Below are positions 11,292-25,932 of a stretch of 64,000 nucleotides of DNA, one piece after another (the first letter of the stretch is position 1; each line of letters starts with the position of its first letter). A model generated the notes under the pieces. That model worked only from the letters and a program-made list of their open reading frames with translations. It had not been told where the DNA came from and ran no database searches. Position numbers and translations under genes: made by a program. The stretch comes from an uncultured delta proteobacterium (GTDB taxonomy: Bacteria > Myxococcota_A > Polyangia > Polyangiales > B10-G4): assembly GCA_963727445.1 (NCBI GenBank), contig CAVSGI010000008.1, positions 512,001-576,000 of the forward strand, written 5' to 3'.

Positions 11292-12329
11292 TCAGTCGCG
11301 GAGTCGCACCGTGACGCGGTCCGGACGACGCACGTTGTCGAGGTACACGTAGGCGGCCTTCGAGCCCTGCCCTTCGACCTGGTCGAGGACGCGCCTCAGG
11401 CGGCGCAGCTTCTGCCGAAAAGGCCCGCGTCCCAGGCGCACGTGCAGCGCCTCTTCCCCGACATAGAGGCTCAATCCGTCGTCGCTCTCCACGTGGATCT
11501 CGCCGATGGGCATGCGCCGCCAGAGGCCAGCACCGCGGTAATCGTGCAGGAGCGCCACCACCTCGAGGAGCACGCTCTGACGGAAAGCGCGGTCGCGGAT
11601 GAAGCGCCCACGGTCGATCCCGGTGATCACCGGAAGGTCGACGGGGTCACCGTCACCGACACGCTTGAAGACGGTCCCGTCCTCGCTCACCAGGTACAGG
11701 CTCGCGGGATCGTCATCGGCCTCGGCGAGCGTGATCACAAGCGCGGCGTGATGCTCGCGGATCACGACGTCGAAGAAGCCGGGCAGACGCCGCGAGACCT
11801 CGGCGCTCGCGATCCACGGATGGCGCAACAGCCGCGCCTGCGCGTCCTCCGGGCCGATCTCGAAGACGTTCTGGCCGACGGCGAGGGACGCCGCCTCGAG
11901 CACTTCCTCGCGGCTCAGGCGTTCGGTTCCGCTCACGCTGATCTGCTGCGTCGCGAAGGCGGGGCTCGTGCGAACGTGACGCTCCACCAGGCGTCCCACG
12001 GCGAGCACCGCGGCGACCAGGATGCAGAGCATCAACAGCCGCAAGGTCATCAGGACCTTCTTGCGCGTGCGCGCCCAGAAGGCGGCGAGGCGCTCCCGGG
12101 TCGCGGTCGCGCGCTCGCGCAAGGAGCGCCTGGGGACGGGCGCTGGGGCCTTCGGCCGTTTGCTGTTGCGGGTCGGCTTTTCTTTTTCGGGCGGGATCAG
12201 GGAGCGGCGGCGGAACATGCCGCTGACGACGCCGCGCTCGGCGTCGGGACGCGACTTCCGATTGCCCTTCTTGGGCGCGTTCGACCGGCGGCGTGGCGGC
12301 GACGAGGCCCGCTTCCGAGCAGCGCCCAT
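11292..12329 (-). CDS. ftsQ: Cell division protein FtsQ/DivIB
   Basis: Basic N-tail, single TM, POTRA-like (ISVSGTERLS...LLRHPWIASAEVSRRLP), DLPVITG; position after murC. Confidence 0.85.
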   Translation of the reverse strand: MGAARKRASSPPRRRSNAPKKGNRKSRPDAERGVVSGMFRRRSLIPPEKEKPTRNSKRPKAPAPVPRRSLRERATATRERLAAFWARTRKKVLMTLRLLMLCILVAAVLAVGRLVERHVRTSPAFATQQISVSGTERLSREEVLEAASLAVGQNVFEIGPEDAQARLLRHPWIASAEVSRRLPGFFDVVIREHHAALVITLAEADDDPASLYLVSEDGTVFKRVGDGDPVDLPVITGIDRGRFIRDRAFRQSVLLEVVALLHDYRGAGLWRRMPIGEIHVESDDGLSLYVGEEALHVRLGRGPFRQKLRRLRRVLDQVEGQGSKAAYVYLDNVRRPDRVTVRLRD

Positions 12330-13714
12330 CAGCCCTTCGCCCTCGCGTCGAGGAGCTGCGCCAGCTCGGGGGCGGTGCTGGTGATGTCGCCGGCCCCGAG
12401 GGTGATCACCACGTCGCCGGGCTCGGCCCTCGCGAGGATCGCCTCCGCCAGCGTCGCGCGGTCGGGGACGTGGGTGACGTCGTGATGGCCGTGGGCGCGG
12501 ATCGCGGCCGCCAGGTGCGCCGAATCGGCGCCCTCGATGGGCTTTTCGCCCGCTGGGTAGACGTCGGCGAGGAGCAGGACGTCGGCGCGGTTGAAGGCCC
12601 GCGTCAGCTCCTCGAAGAGGTGGTGGGTGCGCGTGTAGCGATGCGGCTGGAAGGCCACCACCAGGCGCCGCGCGAAGGCGCGCTGAGCGGCCTCGAGGGT
12701 GGCGACCACCTCGGCGGGATGGTGCCCGTAGTCGTCGACGATGGTGACCCCGTCGTGCTCACCGAGAATGGTGAAGCGCCGGGCGACGCCGGTGAAACCC
12801 GCGAGCGCCTTGCGCACTTCGTCGTGGTCGACGCGCAGCTCGTCCGCCACCGCGATGGTGGCGAGGGCGTTCATCACGTTGTGGATGCCGGGCATCCGCA
12901 CCTCGAACTCGCCCAGCTCTTCACCGCGGCGCACCACGTCGAACTTCGCGCTAAGCCCGTCGAAGCGCGGGTTCTTCGCGCGGTAGTCCGCCTGTGCGCT
13001 CAGCCCGTAGGTCGCGATGCGCTTTTCGATGTCGGGCAGGATGTCCTGGACGTTCGGGTGGTCGAGGCAGGCGACCACCAGCCCGTAGAACGGGGTGCGA
13101 TTCGCGAACTCCACGAAGGCCTGCTTCACCGCGTCGAGGCCGCCGTAGTGATCGAGGTGCTCCGGATCGATGTTGGTGATCACCGCGATCGCAGGCGTGA
13201 GGTGCAAAAAGGAGCCGTCGGACTCGTCCGCTTCGGCGACCAGGAGGTTGCCGGCGCCGCTCGCCGCGCCGCTCCCGAGGGCGTTCAGCTTGCCGCCGAT
13301 GATGACCGTCGGGTCGAGCCCCGCCTCGCGCAGGACGGTGGCCACGAGAGAAGTCGTCGTCGTCTTTCCGTGAGAGCCGGCGATGGCGATCCCGTCCTTG
13401 AGGCGCATCAGCTCGGCGAGCATCTCGGCCCGCGGGATCACCGGCACGTTGTCGAGCTTCGCCTGGACGACCTCGGGGTTGTCCCTGGGCACCGCGGTCG
13501 AGACCACCACCACATCGGCGTCGGCGACGTTCTCGGCCGCGTGACCCACCGCGATCTTGGCGCCCTTCTTCGAGAGGCGCCGAGTGGTGTCGCTCTCCTT
13601 CATGTCGGAGCCGGTGACGGCGAAGCCGTGGTCGAGGAGCACCTCGGCGATGCCGCTCATGCCGACACCACCGATGCCGACGAAGTGAATGGTTCGGATC
13701 CGTCCCCGGAACAC
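12329..13714 (-). CDS. murC: UDP-N-acetylmuramate-L-alanine ligase
   Basis: [48 protein letters not shown]; intact ORF. Confidence 0.97.
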   Translation of the reverse strand: MFRGRIRTIHFVGIGGVGMSGIAEVLLDHGFAVTGSDMKESDTTRRLSKKGAKIAVGHAAENVADADVVVVSTAVPRDNPEVVQAKLDNVPVIPRAEMLAELMRLKDGIAIAGSHGKTTTTSLVATVLREAGLDPTVIIGGKLNALGSGAASGAGNLLVAEADESDGSFLHLTPAIAVITNIDPEHLDHYGGLDAVKQAFVEFANRTPFYGLVVACLDHPNVQDILPDIEKRIATYGLSAQADYRAKNPRFDGLSAKFDVVRRGEELGEFEVRMPGIHNVMNALATIAVADELRVDHDEVRKALAGFTGVARRFTILGEHDGVTIVDDYGHHPAEVVATLEAAQRAFARRLVVAFQPHRYTRTHHLFEELTRAFNRADVLLLADVYPAGEKPIEGADSAHLAAAIRAHGHHDVTHVPDRATLAEAILARAEPGDVVITLGAGDITSTAPELAQLLDARAKG

Positions 13715-13929
13715 GCTACTCGTCTAACACTTCCGTCCGGATTCGGCGACGAAACGACGAAGAGTCGAGCCGAGGACCCCGCACTTGGAGATCCCGTCCG
13801 AGGCGGGGGTGGATGCCAGGCGCGGCAACGAAGGAATGTCCAGGGACATTTCGAGGGGCCGCAACGCCGCAGGCGGCCCTGGATCGGGCGGGAGGTCGAG
13901 TGACGGGGTCCTCGGCTCGGCTCTGAGAG

Positions 13930-15229
13930 TCACTCGCCCCACCCCACCATCAGGGCCGGCCTCTGTGTGGGTGGGCGGCTCGAATGACGGGCCTTGGCGA
14001 CCGAAGGACGCGGGGTGTAGGGCACCCGGCTCGAGGCCTTGCTGCGGCGCATCCCCCCGGAGCCGCTGCCGGCACCGCCCTCGGCGCTGCCCTCGTCGCG
14101 GGAGGCCTCGGGCCCCGGCTCGGGGCGGCCGAGCCAGGAGAAGAGATCGTCCACGATGCCGGCGGCGGCGTCGGGGCGACCCATCTCCCGAGCCGCGCCG
14201 GCCATGGACCTCCGGCGCGCCTCGTCGGCGAGGAGGCGACCGACCTCGTCGCCGAGCCCCTCGGAGCTGAGCTGAGACTCGCGGATGCACAGGGCCGCGC
14301 CCGCCCGCGCGAGCGCCTCGGCGTTCTTGCCCTGGTGATCGTCCGCGGCGTGGGGGAAGGGGATCAGAATGGCCGGCCGGCCGACGGCGCAGAGCTCGGC
14401 CACGGTGGTGGCTCCGGCGCGACAGATCACCAGCGCCGCCGACGCGTAGGCCGCGGCCATGTCGTCGATGAAAGAGACGACCTCGGCTTCGACGCCGAGC
14501 TCCTGGTAGCGCGCCTCGACCTCGTCGCGCATGGCGGTGCCGGCCTGGTGCAGGACCGTCAGGCCGCGCTCGGCGAGGCCGGCGCGCGCGAGGGCTTCGG
14601 GCACGGTCGCGTTCAGCGCCTCGCGACCCTGCGAGCCCCCGAGGACGAAGACGCGGCGGGCGCGCGCCTCGAAGCCGTCGGGATCGGCGGCGGCGCGACG
14701 GGCGGCGTCGACGAAGCTCTGACGGACGGGGTTGCCGACCACGCGCACCCGGTCCGTGCGGAAGGTGGGCGCCGTCTCGTCGAAGCTGACGTAGGCGCGG
14801 CCCACGACCTTCGACGAGGATCCGGTTGGTGAGCCCGACGTGGGCGTTCTGCTCGAGGATCGCCGTCGGGCACGCCGAGGCGCCGCCGCCGCGAGGAGCA
14901 CGGGCCCGACGCGTAGCCGCCGACGCCGATCACCAGGTCCGGCCGATGACGCCGAACGAGCCCGAGGGCTTGGCCCGCGGCGCCGGGAAGGCGCGCGAGG
15001 CTCCGCATGAGCTCGACCCGCGCTCCGACCCTTGAGGGGCGTGACGTCGAGGAGCTCGAGCCGTTCACCCATCTGTCGGGATCACCCGCGCCTCGATGCC
15101 GCTGCTCGGTGCCCACGAAGGTCACCTCGACGCCCGGCGATGCCGACGCCGAAGCTCTTCGACGACAGCGATCCCCGGGAAGAGATGTCCCCCCGTTCCT
15201 CCACCCGCCACGAGGACTCGTTCGATCAT
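13930..15229 (-). CDS. murG: Lipid II GlcNAc transferase MurG (5' frameshifts)
   Basis: AGGGTGGHLFPG (reconstructed), GVGGYASGP, VVGNPVR, GGSQG, CRAGATTVAEL, DDHQGKNA. Confidence 0.93.
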
Positions 15230-16591
15230 GCCGTCCCTCCGAGAGCGACCGCTGGCCTCTTGCGTCCGCCCTTACGTCCCTTGCCCGCCCGCGCGGGACG
15301 TGAAGCTCTCTTCTTCGACGAATCGTCGTCGTCGTCCGCCGCCGCTGCGCCTCGGGGCTCAGCGGCCGCGGGCGCGAGACGTTCAACAGGACCCCCACCG
15401 CCGCGCAGTTCACGAGCAGCGAGGAGCCGCCGTAGCTGATGAAGGGCAGCACCAGCCCCTTGGTCGGCAGCATCCCCATGGCCACCGCGAGGTTGGTGAA
15501 GGCCTGCAGCCCGATGAACATCGTGATGCCCACCGCCAGATAGGTGCCGTAGTCGTCCGCCGCCTCGAAGGCCGCGCGCAGCCGCGCACGACGAGATCGA
15601 CGAAGGCGACGATCGAGCAGCGGCGAGGCCGATGAAGCCGAGCTCCTCGCCGATGATGGCGCTGATGAAGTCGGTGTGCGCCTCGGGCAGGAAGAAGAGC
15701 TTCTGGCGGCTGTCGCCGATGCCGACGCCGGTCGAGCGCCGCCCGAGCCGAAGCTCATGAGCGACTCGGAGATCTGGTAGCCGACGTCGTAGCGGTGCTC
15801 GAAGGGCTGCAGGAACGCCTGGATGCGCCGCATGCGGTAGGGCGAAGTCGCGACCAGCGCGTAGGCCACCGGCGCGGCGAGCAGGACGGCGCCGAGGAGG
15901 TAGCCGGTCTTGGCGCCCGCGGTGAAGAGCAGGACGAAGGTCAGCAGGCCGATCATCACCGCGCTGCCGAAGTCGGGCTGCTTGAGGCAGAGGAGCATCA
16001 GGAAGCCCGCCACCAGCACGTGGGGGAGGAAGCCGACGGAGAAGGTGCGGATCTTCTCCGCGCTTCTTGGACAGCGAATAGGCGAGCCAGAGGATCAGCG
16101 CGAGCTTCGCGGTCTCCGCCGGCTGGATGTTGATGGGGCCGAGCTGAATCCAGCGCGCGGCGCCGCCCGCGCTTCGGCCGAAGCCGAGGGCGGTGACGGT
16201 GAGCAGGCCGATCGCGCCCGCCAGCGCCGGATAGGTGAGGACGCGGTAGCGGTGGTAGTCGATGCGCGCGCCCGCGAGGACGATGAAGAGGCCCGCCGAA
16301 GCGAAGATGCCCTGGCGGATCAGGAAGTGCTGGCCGTCGTCGTAGCGCTGCGACGCGTAGACCGCGCTCGCGCTGTAGACCATCACCACGCCGAAAGCGA
16401 CGAGGGCCACCACCAGCCCGGCGAGGATGGCGTCGGCCGGTCCCGACTTCGGGGCGGCCACCGCGGCCTTGGTCTCCGGCGCCTTCGAGGTCGTGCGGCG
16501 CGGGGCTTCGTCCGACTTCATCGAAGAGCTTCCCGAAGGAGCGGCGCACGAAGCCGACCTTCTTCTCCTCACCGTCTCCCTTGCGCTTCAT
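15226..16591 (-). CDS. ftsW: Peptidoglycan polymerase FtsW (frameshifted)
   Basis: [54 protein letters not shown]. Confidence 0.93.
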
Positions 16592-17980
16592 GCCGTCACC
16601 TCCGGGAGCTCGCGCACGCTCTCGGCGAAGACGTCGCCGCGCTCCGCGTAGCCGCTGAACATGTCGAAGCTCGAGCAGGCCGGCGCGAGGAGCACCACGT
16701 CGCCGGGCTGGGCCAGCTTCCGCGCGCCGCGGCGCACGGCGTCGTCCATGTCGGCTCGCACGCATCAGGGCGAGGCCCGCGCCGGCGAAGGCCTTCGATC
16801 CACGATGTCGCGCGCCTCGCCGACGAGCACCACCGCCGCGGCCCGGCCTTTCATGCGCGCGACCAGCGGCGCGTAGCTGCCGCCCTTGTCGACGCCGCCC
16901 GCGATCAGCACCACGCGGCCCTCGGGCGCGGCGAGGCCGTCGAGCGCGGCGACGGCGGCGCCCACGTTGGTCGCCTTGGAGTCGTCGACGTAGTCCACGC
17001 CCGTCGAGCTCGCGGACGTGCTGCATGCGGTGCGGCAGGCCCGGCGAAGCGCGCAGGAGCGCCTCTTCGACGTGCGCGGCCGACGGCGCCGGCGAGCCGC
17101 GCGGCCAGGGCCGCCGCGCAGGCGTTGTCGTAGTTGTGCTCGTCCGCGAAGCCAGGAGCCGCGCGAGGGGCACGCGAGAGCGCCGAGGCGCCGTTTCGAA
17201 CGACCCCGTCCGTCGACGCGGACCTCGCCGTCCGGCGCGCCGAAGGTGTGCACGGCGCCGCGCCGCGCGCGCGCCAGCGAGCGCGCAGAGCTCGTCGCTC
17301 GGCGGGGACGACCGCGGCGTCGCCCTGCTTCTGGCCGGCGAAGATGCGGCCCTTGGCCGCGGCGTAGTCGGCGAAGCGAGTCGTAGCGGTCGAGGTGGTC
17401 CTCGGTGACGTTGAGCAGCACGGCGACGTGCGGCGCGGAAGTGGTCGACGCGCTCGAGCTGGAAGCTCGACAGCTCGACCACCACGATCCCGTCGGGGCC
17501 CGCCGCTTCGGTGCCGACCGACGTCGGTGAGCGGCTCGCCGAGGTTGCCGCCGACGAAGGTCGGCCGACCGGTGCGGCGGCACATCTCGCCGACCAGGGT
17601 GGTGACGGTGCTCTTGCCGTTGGTGCCGGTGATGGCGACCACGGTGGATCGATGAACCAGCGAGGCCAGCTCGACCTCGCTCGCGATGGGGATGCCCGCG
17701 CGCGTCGGCGGCGTCGAGCGCCGCGAGCGGCGGGACGCCCGGCGAGACCACGATGCGGTCCACCGAGGTGAAGAGCGCCTCGTCGTGACCGCCGAGGGCC
17801 AGCTCTGCGCCGAGCGGCGCGACGCTTCCTTCACGCGCTCGCCGAGGGCAGCTTCGTCGCGGCGCGTCGTTGACAGTCACCTTCGCCCCCGCGCGCACGA
17901 GGAGCGCCGCCGCGCGCCAGCCCGCTCACGCCGAGGCCCACGACAAGCACCTTCTTTCCGCTGAGATCGACAGCGCTCAT
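16588..17980 (-). CDS. murD: UDP-MurNAc-L-Ala-D-Glu ligase (frameshifted)
   Basis: [46 protein letters not shown]. Confidence 0.92.
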
Positions 17981-19112
17981 CGCAGCTTCACCTGCGCCAG
18001 GCCACGAGCGCCAGCATGATGGAGATGATCCAGAAGCGGACGATGACCCGCGGCTCGGGCCAGCCCTTCTTCTCGAAGTGGTGGTGGATGGGCGCCATCA
18101 GGAAGACGCGCTTGCCGGTGAGCTTGAAGACCGCGACCTGGGTGATGACGCTCACCGACTCGACCACGAAGATGCCGCCGAGGATCAGGGAGACCAGCTC
18201 GTTCTTGGTGACCACCGCGAGGGCGCCGAGGCCGCCGCCGAGCGCGAGGGAGCCGACGTCGCCCATGAAGACCATGCGCGGGGTAGGTGTTGTACCAGAG
18301 GAAGCCGACGCCCGCGCCGATCACCGCGCGCGCAGAAGACGGCGAGCTCCGAGCGCGCTGCGCGATCGCCGGGATGTGCAGGTACTGGGCGACGCTCTGG
18401 CCGAAGAAGGTGACGCCCGCCAGGTAGGCGAGGATCGCGTAGGTGCCCGCGTTGATCATCACCGGGCCGATGGCGAGCCCGTCGAGCCCGTCGGTGAGGT
18501 TCACCGCGTTCGAGAAGCCCGACGATGCACGAAGGCGCCGAAGAGCACGTAGAGCCAGGGCGGCAGCGAGACGGGGTGCTTGTCGAAGGCGACGAAGGGG
18601 ACGTGGAGGCGGTACGCGGAGCTCGAGCCAGTCCGGCGGGCAGCCCGCTCTCGCCGTAGAAAGAGCCAGATAGCAGAGGCCGCCGGCGATCGGCGAACTG
18701 GAGCAGGAGCTTGTAGCGGCCGGCGAGGCCGCCGGTGTCCTTGCGGCGGATCTTGGCGGCGTCGTCGATGTAGCCGATGGCGCCGTAGCTCGCGGTGATC
18801 GCCATCACCACCCAGACCATGGCGTTGTTGGGGTCGGCCCAAAGCACGGTGGAGACGACCGACGCGTCAAGAGGATCAGCGCGCCGCCCATGGTGGGCGT
18901 GCCCGCTTTCGACAGGTGCGACTCGGGGCCCTCCTTGCGGACCACCTGGCCGATCTGCTTTCGCTGAAGGCGCCGGATGAACCAGGGGTAGAGACCGAAG
19001 GTCAGAAAGAGCGCGGTGAGCATCGCCATCACCACGCGGAACGGCACGTAGCGAAGGACGTTCAGGAAGCCGAAGCTGTCCTGGGAGCTGAGCGGATAGA
19101 GGAGCTCGTAGA

Positions 19113-19116
<4 letters not shown>
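17977..19116 (-). CDS. mraY: Phospho-MurNAc-pentapeptide transferase (frameshifted)
   Basis: [38 protein letters not shown]. Confidence 0.95.
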
Positions 19117-20526
<1,410 letters not shown>

Positions 20527-20527
20527 C

Positions 20528-22052
20528 TCAGCCCTCCCCCGTGACGCGCGGCGATGGCGCGCGCGCGTGCTCGCGATCGTCGAAGTGGATCTTCTCGGTG
20601 CCGAGGATCTGGTAGTCCTCGTGCCCCTTGCCGGCGATGAGCACCGTGTCGCCCGGGCGCGCCGCCGCGATGGCGACCTCGATGGCGCGGGCGCGGTCCA
20701 CGATGGACGACGTAGCCTCGGCGGCCTCGCCCAGCGCGTCCTGTGCGAGGGGCGCGTCGTAGACCTCGCGAACGCCGGGGAGGATCTGCGCGACGATGCT
20801 CTCGGCCGTCCTCGGTGCGCGGGTTGTCGCTGGTGACGATGGCGAGATCCGCGCTGCTCGCGGCCGACCCGGCCCATGAGCGGGCGCTTTTCGCGATCGC
20901 GGTCGCCGCCGCAGCCGAAGACCACGATCAGCCGCGCGGGCGTGATGGGACGGAGCGCAGCGAGGGCGCTCGACAGCGCGTCGGGCGTGTGGGCGTAGTC
21001 GACGAGGACCGCCACGTCGCGGGGATCGGCGACCCGCTCGAGACGCCCCGGCGCGCCCTTCGCCTCGCGAAGCGCTTTGACCACCCGCGCCGCGTCGAGC
21101 TCGAGGGCGATGGCGCAGCCCAGCGTGACCAGCGAGGTTCTCGAGGTTGTGCGCGCCGATGAGCGGGCTCTTCACGACGAGCTCGCCGGCGGGCGTCGCC
21201 ACCGTGGCTTCGATGCCCTCACGGCCCATCGCAGAACGTGAGGACGCGTATCGACGCGTCTCGTCGCCCGGAGGCGGAGCAGGTGAGCACGCCTCGTCCG
21301 AGGCGCTCCGCGAGCTCGCGCGCCGAAGGCATCGTCGACGTTGACCACGCTCGCGCCGGGCGACAGCTCGGTGAAGAGGCGCGCCTTGGCGGCGCCGTAC
21401 GCCTCGAAGGTGCCGTGGAAGTCGAGGTGGTCCTGGGTGAGGTTGGTGAAGGCGGCGACCTCGAAGCGCGACGGCGTCGACGCGATGCAGCGCGAGCCCG
21501 TGGCTCGACACCTCCATCACCAGGTGGGTCGCGCCGGCGTCGACCACCAGGCGCGCGAAGCGCGCCAGATGTCGTCGCCCTCGGGCGTGGTGAAGGACGC
21601 CGCCTCGTCGCACACCCGGGCCGCGGCGTCGCGACCGTGCCGAGCAGCGCCGGCCTGCCGCCGGCCGCGCCGCGATCACCGACTCGATGAGCCAGGCGTC
21701 GGTGGTCTTGCCGTTGGTGCCCGGTGATGCCGACCAGCGCGAGCTCCGCGGTGGGATCGCCGTAGACCACTTCGGCGACCGGCCCGAGCGCCTGCCGCGC
21801 GTCGTCCACCACCAGCAGCGGCACGTCGAGCTCGAGCTCGCGCTCCGCCGGCACCGCGACCGCCCCGCGGCGCCACCGCGTCGTCGACGAAGCGCGCGCC
21901 GTCCACGTTCTGCCCCGGGACGGCGACGAAGAGATCGCCTGCGGTCACGCGCGCGCGAGTCGTGCTGCACGCCCGTCGGACCGCACCGATGCGTCGCCGA
22001 TCAACCGGCCGAAGCCCGCGGCCGCCAGCTGGCCGAGGGAGGGCGCGCTCAT
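20528..22052 (-). CDS. murE: MurE ligase (frameshifted)
   Basis: [38 protein letters not shown] (reconstructed), [11 protein letters not shown]. Confidence 0.93.
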
Positions 22053-24210
22053 CCGCCGCCTCCCGTCACCTGCGGGAGCGTCGAAGCGAGCTCGCCCGAC
22101 GGAACTTCGACCGGATCGCTCTCACGCCCGTAGCGCGGCGGCGCGAGCTCGACCCGGACGCTGCGTGCCGCGACGCACCACCTCGCCCGGCGCCGGGCAC
22201 CTGCGAGACGACCAATCCGCTGCCGGCGAATCGACCGCGAAGCCCCGCTCCGTGCATCGCCACGAGCGCCGCGCGCGCGGTCTGCCCCTGGCACGTCGGG
22301 CACGCGGCGTCTCGCCCTCGCCGGGCATGCGCTCGCGTGATCGCCGGGCCGGGCTCGCTCTCTTCGGCCTCCGCCTCGTCGCCGCCCGCGCGACGCGCTT
22401 CGGCGAGCGCCCGCTCTGCTTCCCGCTCCCGGCGGCGCCGCTCTGCCGCGTGCTCGGCGAGCGCTTCACCACCGGTCGCCGCGGGCACGCCCAGGTGACG
22501 AAGCGCCGCTTCGCCAACGCGCCGGAAGACCGGGCCCGGCGACCTGACCGCCCGTAGTGAACGATCACCGGCTCGTCGATCACCACGCTGATGACCAGCC
22601 GCGGATCCTCCGCGGGCACGAAGCCCACGAAGGACGCGGTCCAGCGGTTCTCGGCGTAGCCGCCGGTGACGTAGTCGGCCTTCTGCGCGGTGCCGGTCTT
22701 GCCGGCGACCAGGTAGCCGTCGATGGCCGCCTCGTAGCCGGTGCCGTCCGGGCCGGTGACCGCGGTGAGCATGTCGCCCACGAGCCGCGCGGTGTCGCGC
22801 GGGATGACCTGCGGCGCCGCGCGGAGGGCAGCGTCTCTTCGACGGTCTCCCCTTCCCCGTCGGCCACGCGCCGCACCAGCACCGGCTGCATCAGCACGCC
22901 ACCGTTGGCGATGCGCGCCATCGCGGTCGCCAGCTGGACGTTGGTGACGCTCATCGCCCTGTCCGAAGGCGATGGTGGCCGCGTCCATCTCGTACCAGCG
23001 CCGGTAGTGGCGCAGGATGCCGCCGGTCTCGCCGGGCAGCGGCAGGCCGGTCGGCTCGCCGAAGCCGAAGCGCCGGAAGCGCGCGGAAGAGCCCGCGTCG
23101 CCCGAGCGTCGCGCCGATCTTCGCGGCGCCGATGTTGGACGAGAATGCCAGCACCTGCGCCGGGGTGAGCTCGTCGAAATGGTGCGAGTCGTGGATGGTG
23201 TACTCGCGCGACCTCCATCGCTCCGCCTTCGCAGTCGATGATCTGGTTGGGGCGGATGGTCCCCGTCGCGAGCGCGCCGGCCGACGGTGAAGGGCTTGAC
23301 CGTCGAGCCCGGCTCGAAGCGTCGGTGATGCGCGCGGTTGCGCCGATGCGCCGGCCCCGGAGCGCGCCCGGTTCGTTGGGGTTGAAGGTCGGGTAGTTCG
23401 CCATCGCGAGGATCTCGCCGGTGCGCGGATCCATCACCACCACGCTGCCCGCGCGCGCCTCGAAGGTGCGCACCGCGAGCGCGAGCTCGCGCTCGGCGAC
23501 GTGCTGGATGGTCTTGTCGATGGTCAGGTAGATGTCGTCGCCCTGCGCCGCGCGGTCGTCGAGGAGCTGCTCGCGAGAAGACGACGCGGCCGCGGCGGTC
23601 GCGGATGGCGGGCACCGCGCGCACCGAGCCGCGCAGGTGCTCCTCGAACGCGAGCTCCAGCCCCTCGATGCCCTCGCCGTCGATGTTGGCGAAGCCGAGG
23701 AGGTGCGCGGCGAGCTCGCGGTTCGGGTAGTAGCGCCGCGCCTCGCTGGTCATGTGCACGCCGGGGATGTCGAGGGCGCGCACCGCGTCCGCCTGCTGCG
23801 GCGTGACGCGCCGCTCGATCCAGACGAAGTAGCGGTCGGAGGACAGGCGCGTGGTGATGCGCTCGCGATCGATCGCCGAGCACCGCGGCGAGCTGTCGCG
23901 CGGCCATCGCCGGGTCCATGCCCTCGGCGCGGCATCTCGCGGGGGTTCGCGCAGACGCTGTCGACGTCGACGCTCACCGCGAGCTCGGCGCCGTGGCGGT
24001 CGTAGATGGTGCCGCGCTTCGGCGCGAGCCGGATGTCCCGCAGGTACTGCTCCTCGGCCATCTCGCGGAGCGTGCGGCGCCGCGCTCGATCGGTGAGCTC
24101 CCACGCGCGGCGCAGGACGAGCCCGGCGCCGGCGGAGAGCGACCAGCGCCGAGGAGCGCCGATGCGCACCCGCACCCAGCGCGCGGCGCTCGGGGCGGAA
24201 GGTTCCTCAT
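22049..24210 (-). CDS. ftsI: Class B PBP FtsI with C-terminal PASTA-like region (frameshifted)
   Basis: RGTIYDRHG, RYYPNRELAAHLLG, EPGSTVK, SSN, KTGTAQK. Confidence 0.92.
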
Positions 24211-24519
24211 CGCACCCTCCCCGCCGCGCGGCGCGGCGCGCTCGCGTCCGACCGGCACGATCCGCTCGGGCTCGGGCACGTCCATGTCGAGGCGTCCCGC
24301 GCGCGACCGTCTCGATGCGCTCGGCCTGCCGGAGCGTCGCCGCCTCGATCGCGAGCAGGCGTCGCTGCTCGATCAGCCGACGCTGCTCGCGCCGCGCCTC
24401 GCCCGACCTCGTAGCCGAGCGCGCACCGTCTCGTAGCGCAGCGCGAGGTGCGACGACGAACGCGGCCGCCGCGGCGAGCACCGCCGCACGCTCCAGAGCA
24501 TCAGGAAGCGCGCCTTCAT
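24207..24519 (-). CDS. ftsL: Cell division protein FtsL (frameshifted)
   Basis: Short TM then coiled coil ([19 protein letters not shown]); lies between rsmH and ftsI. Confidence 0.7.
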
Positions 24520-25437
24520 GCCGCCACCTCGCCGCGGGACACGCGACGCGCGGCGCGGAGCTTGCGCTGCGCGAGCGCGGGTTGTCGCGCTGCTCTTCGT
24601 CGCCGGCCATGCGCGGCTTCTTGGTGAGGGGCTCGAGCGCGGGCGTCGTCGCGGAAGGCGCCGCTTCACCATGCGGTCCTCGAGCGAGTGGAAGGAGATG
24701 ATCACCGCGACCCCGTCGTCCTCGAGGACGTCGGCGAGGTCGTCGAGCAGCGCGTCGAGCTGGCCGAGCTCGCCGTTGACCGCGATGCGCAGCGCCTGGA
24801 AGGTCCGGGTCGCCGGATCGATGCGCCCTGCGCTGCGGGCCCAGCGCGCGCACGACGGCGCGCTGCGGAGATCGTTGGTCGTCTCGAGCGTCGCCTCGTC
24901 GCGGGCACGGACTTGATGGAGCGCGCGATGCGGCCGCGATTTCCGCTCCTCGCCGAGCTGGTAGAGGACGATCGGCGAGGTCGCTCTTCGTTCAGGCGGC
25001 CGAGGAGCTCGCGGGCCGTCTCGCCCTGGGTCGGATCCATGCGCATGTCGAGGGGGCCCTCCGGCGCGGAAGGAAAAGCCGCGCGTCGGCCTGGTCCAGC
25101 TGGGGTGAGCTGACCCCGAGATCGGCGACGAGCCCGTCGCACCCGGGACGCCCCGCCTCGCGCGAGCAGCTCGCGCGACGTCGGCGAATCTCGCCGTGCA
25201 CCAAGCGTGGCTCGGTCGCCGAAGCGCGCGAGCCGCGCGCGCGCCGCGGCGAGCGCGCTCGGGTCGCGGTCGATGCCGATGAGCCGTCCGTCCGGCGCGC
25301 TCGCTCGAGGATCGCCTCGGCGTGCCCGCCGCCGCCGAGGGTGGCGTCCGCGTAGACGCCGCCGGTGCGCGGCGCGAGTGCAGTCGAGCGTCTCGGCGCA
25401 GCATGCACCGTCGGCGTGGCGCGAAGCTCGCCGTCAC
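24516..25437 (-). CDS. rsmH: 16S rRNA m4C1402 methyltransferase (frameshifted)
   Basis: [50 protein letters not shown]. Confidence 0.95.
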
Positions 25438-25889
25438 AGGCCCGAGCTCCGCGAGGCGGCGCGCCATCTCCATCGCGCTGCGTCGGATCGTCGAGCACGG
25501 CGGCGCGCAGCTCGTCGAAGCGCTCCTTGGCCCAGAGCTCGAGGTGCGGCCCATGCCGGCCCACAGCGCTTCGCGCTCGAGGCCCGCGTGGTCGCGCAGG
25601 CTCTGGGGATCAGGATGCGGCCGAGCTTGTCGAGCTCGACCTCGATGGCGCCCGACACGTAGATGCGCCGGATCATCGCGACGCTCGGATCGAACTGCGG
25701 CAGCGCGAGCAGGCGCTCCTCGAAGCGCGAGCCACTCGCTCCATCGGATAGGCGACGAGGCAGGGATCGAGCCCGGTGGTGATCACCAGACGCCTCGTCG
25801 CCGAGGGCCGCGAGCACTTCGCGGAAACGTGACGGAAGGGACGTGCGTCCCTTACCGTCGATCGCGTGCTCGTAACGTCCTCGGAACAC
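25434..25889 (-). CDS. mraZ: Transcriptional regulator MraZ (frameshifted)
   Basis: [23 protein letters not shown] and [11 protein letters not shown] (two DxxxR motifs). Confidence 0.95.
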   Translation of the reverse strand: MFRGRYEHAIDGKGRTSLPSRFREVLAALGDEASGDHHRARSLPRRLSDGASGSRFEERLLALPQFDPSVAMIRRIYVSGAIEVELDKLGRILIPRACATTRASSAKRCGPAWAAPRALGQGALRRAARRRARRSDAARWRWRAASRSSGL

Positions 25890-25932
25890 CCTCGTTCACT
25901 CCACCTGTCGAGGTCATCTGGGGCCGCAATTG

